Origin: Deinococcales bacterium
Lineage (GTDB): Bacteria; Deinococcota; Deinococci; Deinococcales; JAAFIG01
NCBI GenBank assembly: GCA_043778225.1
Contig: JAYWGM010000005.1
Location: forward strand, 1-10,969
Direction: 5' to 3'
Length of the DNA stretch: 10,969 bases
Under the pieces are notes generated by a model. It did not search any database, was not told the DNA's origin, and saw nothing but the letters and a program-made list of their open reading frames with translations. Below, piece by piece: positions 1 to 7,305 of this stretch. Both the position numbers and the translations under genes were made by a program. The stretch's first letter is position 1, and each line of letters starts with the position of its first letter.

Positions 1-155
1 CGCCGTAATGAGCGCGAGTAGCCCGTGAGGTGCTATTTTACGAGCAAGAACAGAATTGCCGCTTTTTGAAAATTCTAAAATGTAGGCGGGAGATACTTAA
101 ATGCTCACCGAGGTTTGAAGTTATTTAGGCAGTAATTGCGACACAAAACTCGAGC

Positions 156-185
156 GGGCATTGACGGGTAGTAAAGTCAATGCCC
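156..185. terminator. Perfect 10-bp inverted repeat, possible terminator of the oxidase-ZIP operon
   Basis: GGGCATTGAC (156-165), 10-nt loop, GTCAATGCCC (176-185). It lies about 33 nt downstream of the ZIP stop codon. The U-tract on the minus strand is not directly adjacent (GCTCGAGTTTTGTGT), so the terminator role is uncertain. Confidence 0.5.
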
Positions 186-218
186 CAAGAGCGATAAATA
201 AAAAATAAATCGGTTTCA

Positions 219-1397
219 TTATTTAACCATAAATGCGGTGAAGTACATGATGGCGACTCCTGTAAAAACCCCTGCGAGGTTTGTCCAATTGATCACAGGT
301 AACCCGAGTTTGGCAGTGTCTCGAGCCACCAAGCGCCCCACTTCCCAGATGACTTGTAAAATTGCGCCAATGCCAATGGCTAAGAAAACTGTAGCAAGAA
401 TCGGATTAAAGGCAAAGCCACCAACCCAAACGCCAATCACGGCTGGAAAACCCGCCAGTAGTGCCAGTTGAATCCAGTGCTTCCAACCCGGATTTTTACG
501 CACCACGGGCGCAGCAATCCCTACACCCTCGGTGATGTTATGCAGCGTAAAGCCCAAGACCAAAAAAGTGCCAAGCGCAGCTTCGCCAAGCGCAAAAGCT
601 GCGCCAATCGCCAATCCTTCACCAAGGTTGTGTAAGCCAATACCAAGTGCAATTCGATACGATAAGCCCAAGGTATCGGGTTCTTCGTTGCTCTTCTTTG
701 GTTTGTTGGTCAGTGCCAGTAAAATACCCAACGAAAGCGCGGCTATCAGTAATACCAGTGGTGTTCCTTGCCAGAAGGCTGGTAATTCAGCCGCAAACTC
801 GAGGGCATCTAAATATGTGCCTAATGCCAAGTAGCCCAATAACCCAATGGTTAGACTCAAGATAAAATTCATGGCGGCACGGCTTAAATTTCGCATCCAT
901 GGATACCAGAGCATCCCAAGCCCTACTGGAATCACCCCAACATAAAAGCCGATTAAAGCAAAGCGTAAAAATAAGCTCCAATCAAAGACTGGGCTTTGCA
1001 CAGCTACTGGAATTTCAGCCGCAAAAACCGTACCGAGGCTCGAGATAAGCTGGATGGCATGGGCTTCTTCGGCAACCCAAGGGTACGGCACAGTGTAGGT
1101 GGCGCGTCCTAAACGTGGAATCGTGGTGCTTGGCGCAGCACTAAATTGCCAGAACGCATCGTCTACCAAGACTTGTGGAATAGTAACGTTACCGGGTCCA
1201 TCGTTAATCACTTCAATTTTAATCAGGTCTGGAGCGGGCAAAGTAATTCGTTCGATTTTTAGGCTTTCGACAGGTGGTCCTGCCAGTTCGCGCAGACCGC
1301 CGCCAGTCACGACAATGTAGGCTAAGACCACACCAAGCAGCAGCAACGGCACAAGCGCCAGCAACCAGGTAAAATTTGATTTTGTCTCGAGTTTCAT
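219..1397 (-). CDS. ZIP (ZupT/GufA-like) family divalent metal transporter with an N-terminal membrane anchor and an extracytoplasmic domain
   Basis: Paired ZIP metal-site motifs GIGLHNLGEGLAIG and FTLHNITEGVGI, and about 8 hydrophobic helices in the C-terminal part. An N-terminal TM helix is followed by about 100 aa of soluble, beta-rich sequence. ATGA overlap (1394-1397) with the upstream oxidase. Confidence 0.9.
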   Translation of the reverse strand: MKLETKSNFTWLLALVPLLLLGVVLAYIVVTGGGLRELAGPPVESLKIERITLPAPDLIKIEVINDGPGNVTIPQVLVDDAFWQFSAAPSTTIPRLGRATYTVPYPWVAEEAHAIQLISSLGTVFAAEIPVAVQSPVFDWSLFLRFALIGFYVGVIPVGLGMLWYPWMRNLSRAAMNFILSLTIGLLGYLALGTYLDALEFAAELPAFWQGTPLVLLIAALSLGILLALTNKPKKSNEEPDTLGLSYRIALGIGLHNLGEGLAIGAAFALGEAALGTFLVLGFTLHNITEGVGIAAPVVRKNPGWKHWIQLALLAGFPAVIGVWVGGFAFNPILATVFLAIGIGAILQVIWEVGRLVARDTAKLGLPVINWTNLAGVFTGVAIMYFTAFMVK

Positions 1398-2554
1398 TCG
1401 TCCACCCGATTCTTGCTGGGGTTGTACTCGACCGTGCTACCCTCGAGTCCAGCTTTATCCCAAGCACTGTCCATACCAACAGTTTTGACCGCCGCCGCAA
1501 AATCCTCTGGTTTAACCACATTAAAATGCCCCATCCAGCCGAGTTCAGTAAATTCCGAAACGTGCGGGTGAAACATATATTGCCCCGGAAACTTATATTT
1601 GAACTCGAGAATACCGCGTTGCCCCTGCATTTGACTGATGGTGTCCACTCGTCTGAGTGTTGGAGTCAGGGTTGTGCCGTGGTCGTAATAATCAAACATA
1701 TTGGCGTGCAAATGAAAGCCATTAATCAAATCAAACTCGAGGACATTGATTAAATAAATCCGTACCAGTTCGCCAAGTTTGATTGGAATCGGGCGGTTGG
1801 CAAATTCAAAACCGACAGTATTGACCGCATATACTTCGTTGCCATTATCAAAATTGGTATCGAAAGCATTCATGACCATCATCAATTCTCGAGCCGGTGG
1901 TCTGCCACCGATTGGGTCAACAATAAAAGCACCATACATTCCTTTGTGAATATGGCGTTTTAAGGGAACTGAATGGCAATGGTACAAATGACAACCATAC
2001 GGCTCGGCAGTAAATTCGTAAGTAAAGGTCTCGCCGGGTTTAACAAGTGGCTGATTTAAGGGTGTGCCGTCCATTTCGGCTGGATGAATCCCATGAAAAT
2101 GAATCGTGTGCGGATGCGAACCTTCGTTCTTAAAGACAATTTTTAGCCTATCGCCTTCGGTACAACGAATGCTTGGACCGGGTACGCGCCCGTTGTATGT
2201 CCAAGCTGGGAACATAATGCCCGGTGCAATTTCGATTTCTTTGTCTATGGCTATAAATTCGTATTCACGTAAGGTCTGACCGTTCTTTTTAGAGACTTGT
2301 CCATAGTCCCAATCCACCAGCATTCGCATTGGGTCAAAGCCATTGGTGACAGGATTAACGCTCCCCATTGCCATATTCGCACCATGACCAGCGTGATTAG
2401 CACTCGTCATGGCAGCGTGATTCATGCCACTCATAGCAGCTTGGGCTTGGACAGGTTCGGCTTGCGTGCCAAGCAGCGCGGCTGCACCTGTAGCCGCCGC
2501 CAACCCAGTGGCATTGCGGAGAACCGAACGTCTCGAGAATAATTTATTTAACAT
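1394..2554 (-). CDS. Tat-exported two-domain multicopper oxidase (type 1 Cu site in domain 1 only)
   Basis: Twin-arginine signal FSRRSVL...VQA. Cu motifs are HPHTIHFHG, YHCHSVPLKRHIHKGM, FHLHAN and MFHPH. Start moved to the ATG at 2554, which follows the RBS AAGAAAGGA-N7, giving 386 aa. Confidence 0.9.
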   Translation of the reverse strand: MLNKLFSRRSVLRNATGLAAATGAAALLGTQAEPVQAQAAMSGMNHAAMTSANHAGHGANMAMGSVNPVTNGFDPMRMLVDWDYGQVSKKNGQTLREYEFIAIDKEIEIAPGIMFPAWTYNGRVPGPSIRCTEGDRLKIVFKNEGSHPHTIHFHGIHPAEMDGTPLNQPLVKPGETFTYEFTAEPYGCHLYHCHSVPLKRHIHKGMYGAFIVDPIGGRPPARELMMVMNAFDTNFDNGNEVYAVNTVGFEFANRPIPIKLGELVRIYLINVLEFDLINGFHLHANMFDYYDHGTTLTPTLRRVDTISQMQGQRGILEFKYKFPGQYMFHPHVSEFTELGWMGHFNVVKPEDFAAAVKTVGMDSAWDKAGLEGSTVEYNPSKNRVDE

Positions 2555-2612
2555 TGTAAAGTCCTTTCTTTTAATCAAGCCGCAGTTAAGATTCGATAAG
2601 CCTTAAAATAAG

Positions 2613-2628
2613 TTTAGTATACACTAAA
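2613..2628. promoter_or_regulatory. DtxR/MntR-type operator upstream of the oxidase-ZIP operon
   Basis: TTTAGTATACACTAAA is a near-perfect palindrome, 15/16 identical to the box at 5337-5352. It overlaps the predicted -10 box. Confidence 0.85.
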
Positions 2629-2649
2629 TTTTAATCAAAAATTTGCCGA
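2621..2649 (-). promoter_or_regulatory. Sigma70-type promoter of the oxidase-ZIP operon
   Basis: -35 TCGGCA (2649-2644), 17-nt spacer, -10 TAGTGT (2626-2621). The geometry is identical to the ABC operon promoter. Confidence 0.55.
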
Positions 2650-2702
2650 GCCAACAGAACCAAATCTCAACTTCTAAAGAACTTGCTCGAGTAAAAATCC
2701 AA

Positions 2703-3599
2703 TCAGTCGTTGGCGAGCGCTGGGGTGGTTTCAAGCCTGTCCTCGAGTTGCTGCCGTTGGCGCTCGCGGTTCTTGGCAATCATGCCGTGCTTAGGTGCAA
2801 AAATAAACGCCAGAATAAATAAAATCCCTTGCAGCACCACAATACAGCCGCCTGTTGCGCCATCTATAAAATAACTGGCATACGTGCCGAACACACACGA
2901 AAAGACACTCGAGCCAACTGCCAGCCACATCATGCGGTCAAACTTATCGGACAGTAAATAAGCGGTTGCACCGGGCGTGACCAGCATGGCGACCACCAGA
3001 ATAATTCCAACCGCTTGCAGCGCTGTGACAATCGTTAGTGCCAGTACAGTTAAAAGTGCATAGTATAAAAAACCCGTGTTTAAGCCAATACTTCTGGCAT
3101 GGGTCGGGTCAAAACAAAACAGCAATAAATCCTTACGCAACACAAAAACGGTTGTTAGTGTAATACCACCAATAATCATGGTTTGCAGCACATCGCCGTC
3201 GGAAATGCCCAAAATATCGCCAAATAAAATATGAGATAAATGCACACTCGAGGAGACTCGAGACATCAAGACCAGACCAAGCGCAAAAAGCGTTGTAAAG
3301 ACCACGCCAATCACCGTATCTTCTTTAATTCGAGTGCGTGATTTAATAAAACCAATCGCCACCACCGAGCCAAGCCCAAAGGCAAACGCACCAATCGCAA
3401 ATGGCAAATTCAGCACATATGCCAGCACCACACCGGGCAGTACACTGTGCGAAACCGCATCGCCCATCAGCGACCAACCTTTAAGAATCACAAAGCACGA
3501 TAGAACCGCGCAGACAATGCCAATAAAAGCACTGACCAAGGTAGCTTTGACCATAAATTCGTATTGAAATGGCGCGGTTAGGGTCGTAATAATATCCAT
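2703..3599 (-). CDS. mntB: Mn/Fe (cluster A-I) ABC transporter permease
   Basis: ABC-3 family motifs SLMGDAVSHSVLPG, RIKEDTVIG, FDPTHARSIG and AVGIILVVAMLVTPGATA. RBS GAGGA. Confidence 0.92.
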   Translation of the reverse strand: MDIITTLTAPFQYEFMVKATLVSAFIGIVCAVLSCFVILKGWSLMGDAVSHSVLPGVVLAYVLNLPFAIGAFAFGLGSVVAIGFIKSRTRIKEDTVIGVVFTTLFALGLVLMSRVSSSVHLSHILFGDILGISDGDVLQTMIIGGITLTTVFVLRKDLLLFCFDPTHARSIGLNTGFLYYALLTVLALTIVTALQAVGIILVVAMLVTPGATAYLLSDKFDRMMWLAVGSSVFSCVFGTYASYFIDGATGGCIVVLQGILFILAFIFAPKHGMIAKNRERQRQQLEDRLETTPALAND

Positions 3600-3608
3600 G
3601 GTTTATCC

Positions 3609-4391
3609 TCAATTCTTGGGGTGACTCGGAGCGCCACCAAAAACGCGCATTAAATTCTCGGGCGTAAAAACAGTTTTGGTATCGCCGTACTCGAGGACAG
3701 TGCGGTTGGCAATTAAAGCCACCGTATCGCAAAAACTGCTGACGCTATCGAGGTCGTGGGTTGAAATCAGCATTGTATGCCCAAGGTCGCGCAGTTCGGA
3801 CAGCAACTTAATAATCGTCGTTTCGGTACTGGCATCCACGCCACCAAAAGGCTCGTCGAGCAGCATAATTTTACCTTCTTGGGCAAGCGCTCGAGCTAAA
3901 AAAGCCCGTTTGCGTTGACCGCCGCTGAGTTCGCCAATCTGACGGTGCTTAAAAGTAAGCATTCCAACCCGTTCCAAACTGGTTTTGGCAATCTCGAGGT
4001 CGCGGGCAGTGGTTTGGCGCAACCAGTTCATATGCCCGTAGCGCCCTTGCAGCACCACATCCCAGACCGAAACCGGAAAAAACCAATCCACTTCCTCAGA
4101 TTGCGGTACATACGCCACCAGACCCTTTTTCTGGGCTTGCTGCGAAGTGATCCCTTCGACGGCGACCGTACCTTGAAGCGGCGTTAAAAAACCCATGATT
4201 GTTTTGAACAAGGTACTTTTACCAGAACCATTTAAGCCAATTAAGCCACAAATGCTGCCGCTCTCGAGTTTGAGACTGGCATTACGCAGTGCCAGTTTGC
4301 CTTCGGCGTAGGCAACGCTGACATGATTAACCTCGAGCGAAATGCTTTTGGCAGGGTTTGGCGTGGTCTGGAGTTGGGATTGTTGGGTCAT
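3609..4391 (-). CDS. mntA: Mn/Fe ABC transporter ATP-binding subunit
   Basis: Walker A GLNGSGKST, Q-loop AYVPQ, signature LSGGQ, Walker B MLLDEP, H-loop STHD. ATGA overlap with the upstream binding-protein gene. Confidence 0.93.
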   Translation of the reverse strand: MTQQSQLQTTPNPAKSISLEVNHVSVAYAEGKLALRNASLKLESGSICGLIGLNGSGKSTLFKTIMGFLTPLQGTVAVEGITSQQAQKKGLVAYVPQSEEVDWFFPVSVWDVVLQGRYGHMNWLRQTTARDLEIAKTSLERVGMLTFKHRQIGELSGGQRKRAFLARALAQEGKIMLLDEPFGGVDASTETTIIKLLSELRDLGHTMLISTHDLDSVSSFCDTVALIANRTVLEYGDTKTVFTPENLMRVFGGAPSHPKN

Positions 4392-5278
4392 TGTCCGCTC
4401 AGTCCGGCTGTGACAGTCTCAGCGAATTTCTCGAGCAACTTTAAGTAGGTTGGGGCTTCGGGCGAGAGTGAATCGACGTATAAAATACCACCAAATTTTG
4501 CACCCGATTCCTTAGCGACTTGTTTCATGCCATCTGGCTCGACCGTGCTTTCGCAAAAAACGGCTGGAATTTTATTTTTACGCACCACATCAATCACTTT
4601 TTGAATCTGACGCGGTGTGCCTTGTTCGCCAGCATTGACCGCCCAAAGGTAATACTCTTGCAAGCCATAATCCCGTGCTGCATAGCTAAAAGCCCCTTCG
4701 CAACTCACCAAGGCTCGAGCATTAGCAGGCAACTTAGCCAGTTTGGTTTTGAGGCTTTGGTCGACTGCCACAATCTGAGCGCTGTACTTTTTGGCATTGC
4801 TGTTAAAGGTAGCGGCATGAATGGGGTTGAGTTTAACAAATGCCTTACGGATATTTTCAACGTAAATCAAACCGTTCTTAGGCGACATCCATGCGTGAGG
4901 GTTGGGTTTACCGGTGTACTGGGCTTCGGCAATGTTGATGGTAACAATGTTATCGGTCAGGATAACTCGAGGCACTTTTTTGAGTTGCCCAAAGAATTTT
5001 TCTGCCCAGCGTTCTAGGTTTAGCCCGTTGTAGAGCACCAAATCGGCTTGTTGGGCGCGAACAATATCCGACGGTGTGGGAATATAGCCATGGATTTCTG
5101 CCCCCGGCTTGGTGATGCTATTGACCACCAGTTTATCGCCAGCCACATTGCGTGCCATGTCTTGAAGGATCGTAAAAGTCGTGGCAACAATTTTTGGCTT
5201 GGCTTGAGCGCTGGTTTGGACGCTAAGAAGTAGGGCAGCTAGAGCAAGGCTCAAGGTTAGCGCAATTATTTTTTTCAT
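4388..5278 (-). CDS. mntC: Mn/Fe ABC transporter periplasmic binding protein (TroA/SitA/MntC family)
   Basis: His/His/Glu/Asp ligand set in EIHGY, NPHAWM, CEGAF and YVDSL. The Sec signal ends AQA with no lipobox. The ATG at 5278 follows the RBS AAGGGG. Confidence 0.93.
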   Translation of the reverse strand: MKKIIALTLSLALAALLLSVQTSAQAKPKIVATTFTILQDMARNVAGDKLVVNSITKPGAEIHGYIPTPSDIVRAQQADLVLYNGLNLERWAEKFFGQLKKVPRVILTDNIVTINIAEAQYTGKPNPHAWMSPKNGLIYVENIRKAFVKLNPIHAATFNSNAKKYSAQIVAVDQSLKTKLAKLPANARALVSCEGAFSYAARDYGLQEYYLWAVNAGEQGTPRQIQKVIDVVRKNKIPAVFCESTVEPDGMKQVAKESGAKFGGILYVDSLSPEAPTYLKLLEKFAETVTAGLSGQ

Positions 5279-5315
5279 CAAGTCCCCTTAGGATTTTATA
5301 AGCGAAAGCATTTGA

Positions 5316-5331
5316 GTTAGGAAGCCCTAAA
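5316..5331. promoter_or_regulatory. Second, degenerate DtxR/MntR-type box
   Basis: GTTAG-GAAGCC-CTAAA fits TTTAG-N6-CTAAA with one mismatch and lies 21 bp from the perfect box. Confidence 0.6.
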
Positions 5332-5336
5332 TCAGA

Positions 5337-5352
5337 TTTAGTGTACACTAAA
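5337..5352. promoter_or_regulatory. DtxR/MntR-type operator upstream of the ABC operon
   Basis: Perfect 16-bp palindrome TTTAGTGTACACTAAA overlapping the -10 box, adjacent to a DtxR-family gene. Confidence 0.88.
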
Positions 5353-5373
5353 CTTTAAGCCAAGAATTGTCAA
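5345..5373 (-). promoter_or_regulatory. Sigma70-type promoter of mntCAB
   Basis: Consensus -35 TTGACA (5373-5368), 17-nt spacer, -10 TAGTGT (5350-5345). Confidence 0.8.
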
Positions 5374-5389
5374 GCCCCACCGGCAACAA

Positions 5390-6055
5390 TTAGTCCGTCA
5401 ATGCCTCAACCCAGATTTGCCGCGCCACCTCGAGACCAATCGTGATTCTGCCTGTTGCCAGCAAAATATCTACCACACCAGATAATAAATGCAGATCGCA
5501 CATCTCGAGCTTTGCACCCGGAATGATGCCCAGACCAGACAGGTGCTTGAGTAGCATCGGGTCATGCCCAGCCACCCGCCCAACCCGTACCACCTCGCCA
5601 GCCAGCACATCGGCAAGCGGACGGGTTGCTTTAGTAGGCAATGCCCCAGTTAAACTTGGAATTGGGTCGCCGTGTGGGTCATGGGTCGGTTCGCCCAGCA
5701 CTGCAAACATTCGTGCCTCGAGTTCTTCGCTGATATGATGCTCTAAACGGTCAGCTTCGGCGTGCAATGATTCAAGCGGAATACCCAATGCCTGATGCAA
5801 ATAGGTTTCTAGAAGTCGGTGATGGCGCACAATCTCGAGCGCGATTTGTTGACCAGAGGCGGTTAAAGTTGCGCCTTGATAGGGCAAATAATCAATCAAT
5901 TTGAGTTCGGCTAGGCGTTTGAGCATAGCCGTGACTGATGCTCCCGAAATACCAAGCACCCCAGCAATCTCGAGGGTATTGGCTCGAGATTGCTGACTGA
6001 GACTATAAATTGCTTTGAGGCAATCTTCGGTTTGTGGGGTTAGGCGTTCACGCAT
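5390..6055 (-). CDS. mntR: DtxR/MntR-family metal-dependent repressor with C-terminal FeoA/SH3-like domain
   Basis: wHTH segment SVTAMLKRLA, then RHHRLLETYL, EADRLEHHIS, HDPHGDPIP and the FeoA-like LGIIPGAKL. Adjacent to a Mn/Fe ABC operon. Confidence 0.9.
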   Translation of the reverse strand: MRERLTPQTEDCLKAIYSLSQQSRANTLEIAGVLGISGASVTAMLKRLAELKLIDYLPYQGATLTASGQQIALEIVRHHRLLETYLHQALGIPLESLHAEADRLEHHISEELEARMFAVLGEPTHDPHGDPIPSLTGALPTKATRPLADVLAGEVVRVGRVAGHDPMLLKHLSGLGIIPGAKLEMCDLHLLSGVVDILLATGRITIGLEVARQIWVEALTD

Positions 6056-6061
6056 GGTGGC

Positions 6062-6067
6062 AGTCTA
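6062..6067 (-). promoter_or_regulatory. -10 box of a probable leaderless mntR transcript
   Basis: TAGACT-GCCACC-ATG, with no Shine-Dalgarno sequence. Confidence 0.6.
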
Positions 6068-6097
6068 TCCGAATTTAAAGGATGAAAGACAGCCTAA

Positions 6098-6610
6098 CTA
6101 CACAATTTCGTTATCGGTTACAAACTCAATCCGTTGAGCGGGCAGCAGTGCCAAACGCTTAAAAGCAGGATTCTCGAGAACCGCTTGAACGAATTCTTCT
6201 AGGGTTTCGTAGTCGGTGCTGTCTTCGTAAGTGCTTTCAAATCCCGAGAAATCCAGATGATCGTACTCGAGTTCAAGTAAAATCGATTCAAATTGTTCTT
6301 CGCGCTCATTTTCGATTTCGGTTTCATCGTTGCTAACCGAATCCAAAGCCCGCTCTAGCGCTACAATAATCGCTATTGGTTCGCCCGGTTTGGTCATACC
6401 AAATAAACCCATTAAACCTGTCGCACGTTCGGGGTCACTGCGTTCAACATCAACACTAAACATCAGGTCATCTGCCAGCGCCCAATCGTATTTTTGGTCA
6501 CGATGATACTCGAGCAGTGCCTTAAACGCCGCGCCAAGGGTGGTTTTTTCGAGCGGTTCGGTTAAATGTCCAAGGAATGCTAAGCGCATTACGGTTTCTA
6601 CATCGTTCAT
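6098..6610 (-). CDS. Highly acidic hypothetical protein
   Basis: Fills the gap between bshB1 and mntR. The ATG at 6610 gives an ATGA overlap with the bshB1 stop (alternative start 6619). About 40 D/E versus about 13 K/R. No family recognised. Confidence 0.8.
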   Translation of the reverse strand: MNDVETVMRLAFLGHLTEPLEKTTLGAAFKALLEYHRDQKYDWALADDLMFSVDVERSDPERATGLMGLFGMTKPGEPIAIIVALERALDSVSNDETEIENEREEQFESILLELEYDHLDFSGFESTYEDSTDYETLEEFVQAVLENPAFKRLALLPAQRIEFVTDNEIV

Positions 6611-7305
6611 GGTGTCCATAATAGCGCTATTTGGGACTCAAAGGCTTCGGCATAACGCACCCCAAGAAAAGTCCCCCAATACATCAGCCGAGCTTTGCGC
6701 CGCTCGAGGATTTCTGGATTGACCGTTTCAGAAACCGCCACCCCAGTAAATTGGCTTTGGTGCGCCATAATTGCCTTCTCCCATGGCTCGAGAACACTGG
6801 TTATATCCACCAGTACATTGGCTTGTATTGGGGCGTTGCCTTGGTAATACAGCACTCGGCTCACTTTATGGGTTGCACCCTCGAGACTGGCTTTTTGCAA
6901 GCCAGCCAAATGCACCGCCGAAGCACTCAAGAGCGCCGCACCAATGTGGTCTGGATGGCGGTCTGCTTGGTGTGGCACAAGTAAAGTCTGAGGACGTAAG
7001 TCTCGAATAACCTGAGCCAGTTTTAGACGGTACTCGAGGAGGTCTTGAATTGAACCATCGGGCAAACCCAGATTACCGCGAAATGCCAAACCCAGAATTT
7101 TGGCAGCCTCGAGTGCTTCGGCATCACGAATTTTGGGCGTACCAAGTGTTCCCATTTCGCCACGGGTGAGCTCGAGAATCCCAGTTTTTTTATTGTTTTG
7201 GGTAGCTTTTAAGAGCGTTCCACCACAGCCAATTTCGGCATCGTCGGGGTGTGGGGCAATGGCTAAAATATCCAGTGGCTCGAGGTTGCCAAAAATTATT
7301 TTCAT
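6607..7305 (-). CDS. bshB1: Bacillithiol biosynthesis deacetylase (PIG-L/LmbE family)
   Basis: APHPDDAEIGCGGTL, LTRGEMGT, RHPDH and YAEAF motifs. ATGA overlap with plsY. Confidence 0.88.
   Translation of the reverse strand: MKIIFGNLEPLDILAIAPHPDDAEIGCGGTLLKATQNNKKTGILELTRGEMGTLGTPKIRDAEALEAAKILGLAFRGNLGLPDGSIQDLLEYRLKLAQVIRDLRPQTLLVPHQADRHPDHIGAALLSASAVHLAGLQKASLEGATHKVSRVLYYQGNAPIQANVLVDITSVLEPWEKAIMAHQSQFTGVAVSETVNPEILERRKARLMYWGTFLGVRYAEAFESQIALLWTP

Noticed and set aside
1..148. Gene or RNA at the left edge (possible end of a plus-strand CDS at TAG 19-21; minus-strand TAAAAT at 35-40)
   Set aside because: Too little sequence is available, and I recognised no tRNA or riboswitch signature.
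1394..2554. Calling the oxidase a copper nitrite reductase (nirK)
   Set aside because: It has His rather than the NirK catalytic Asp in HTIHFH, retains four HxH motifs, and has no denitrification genes nearby.
2555..2578. ORF-track N-terminal extension of the oxidase (MIKRKDFT)
   Set aside because: This stretch contains the RBS, and the ATG at 2554 places the Tat motif at the expected position.
4520..5017. 165-aa plus-strand ORF and the other short antisense or alternative-frame ORFs in the track
   Set aside because: They are shadows of well-supported genes and have no motifs or translation signals.
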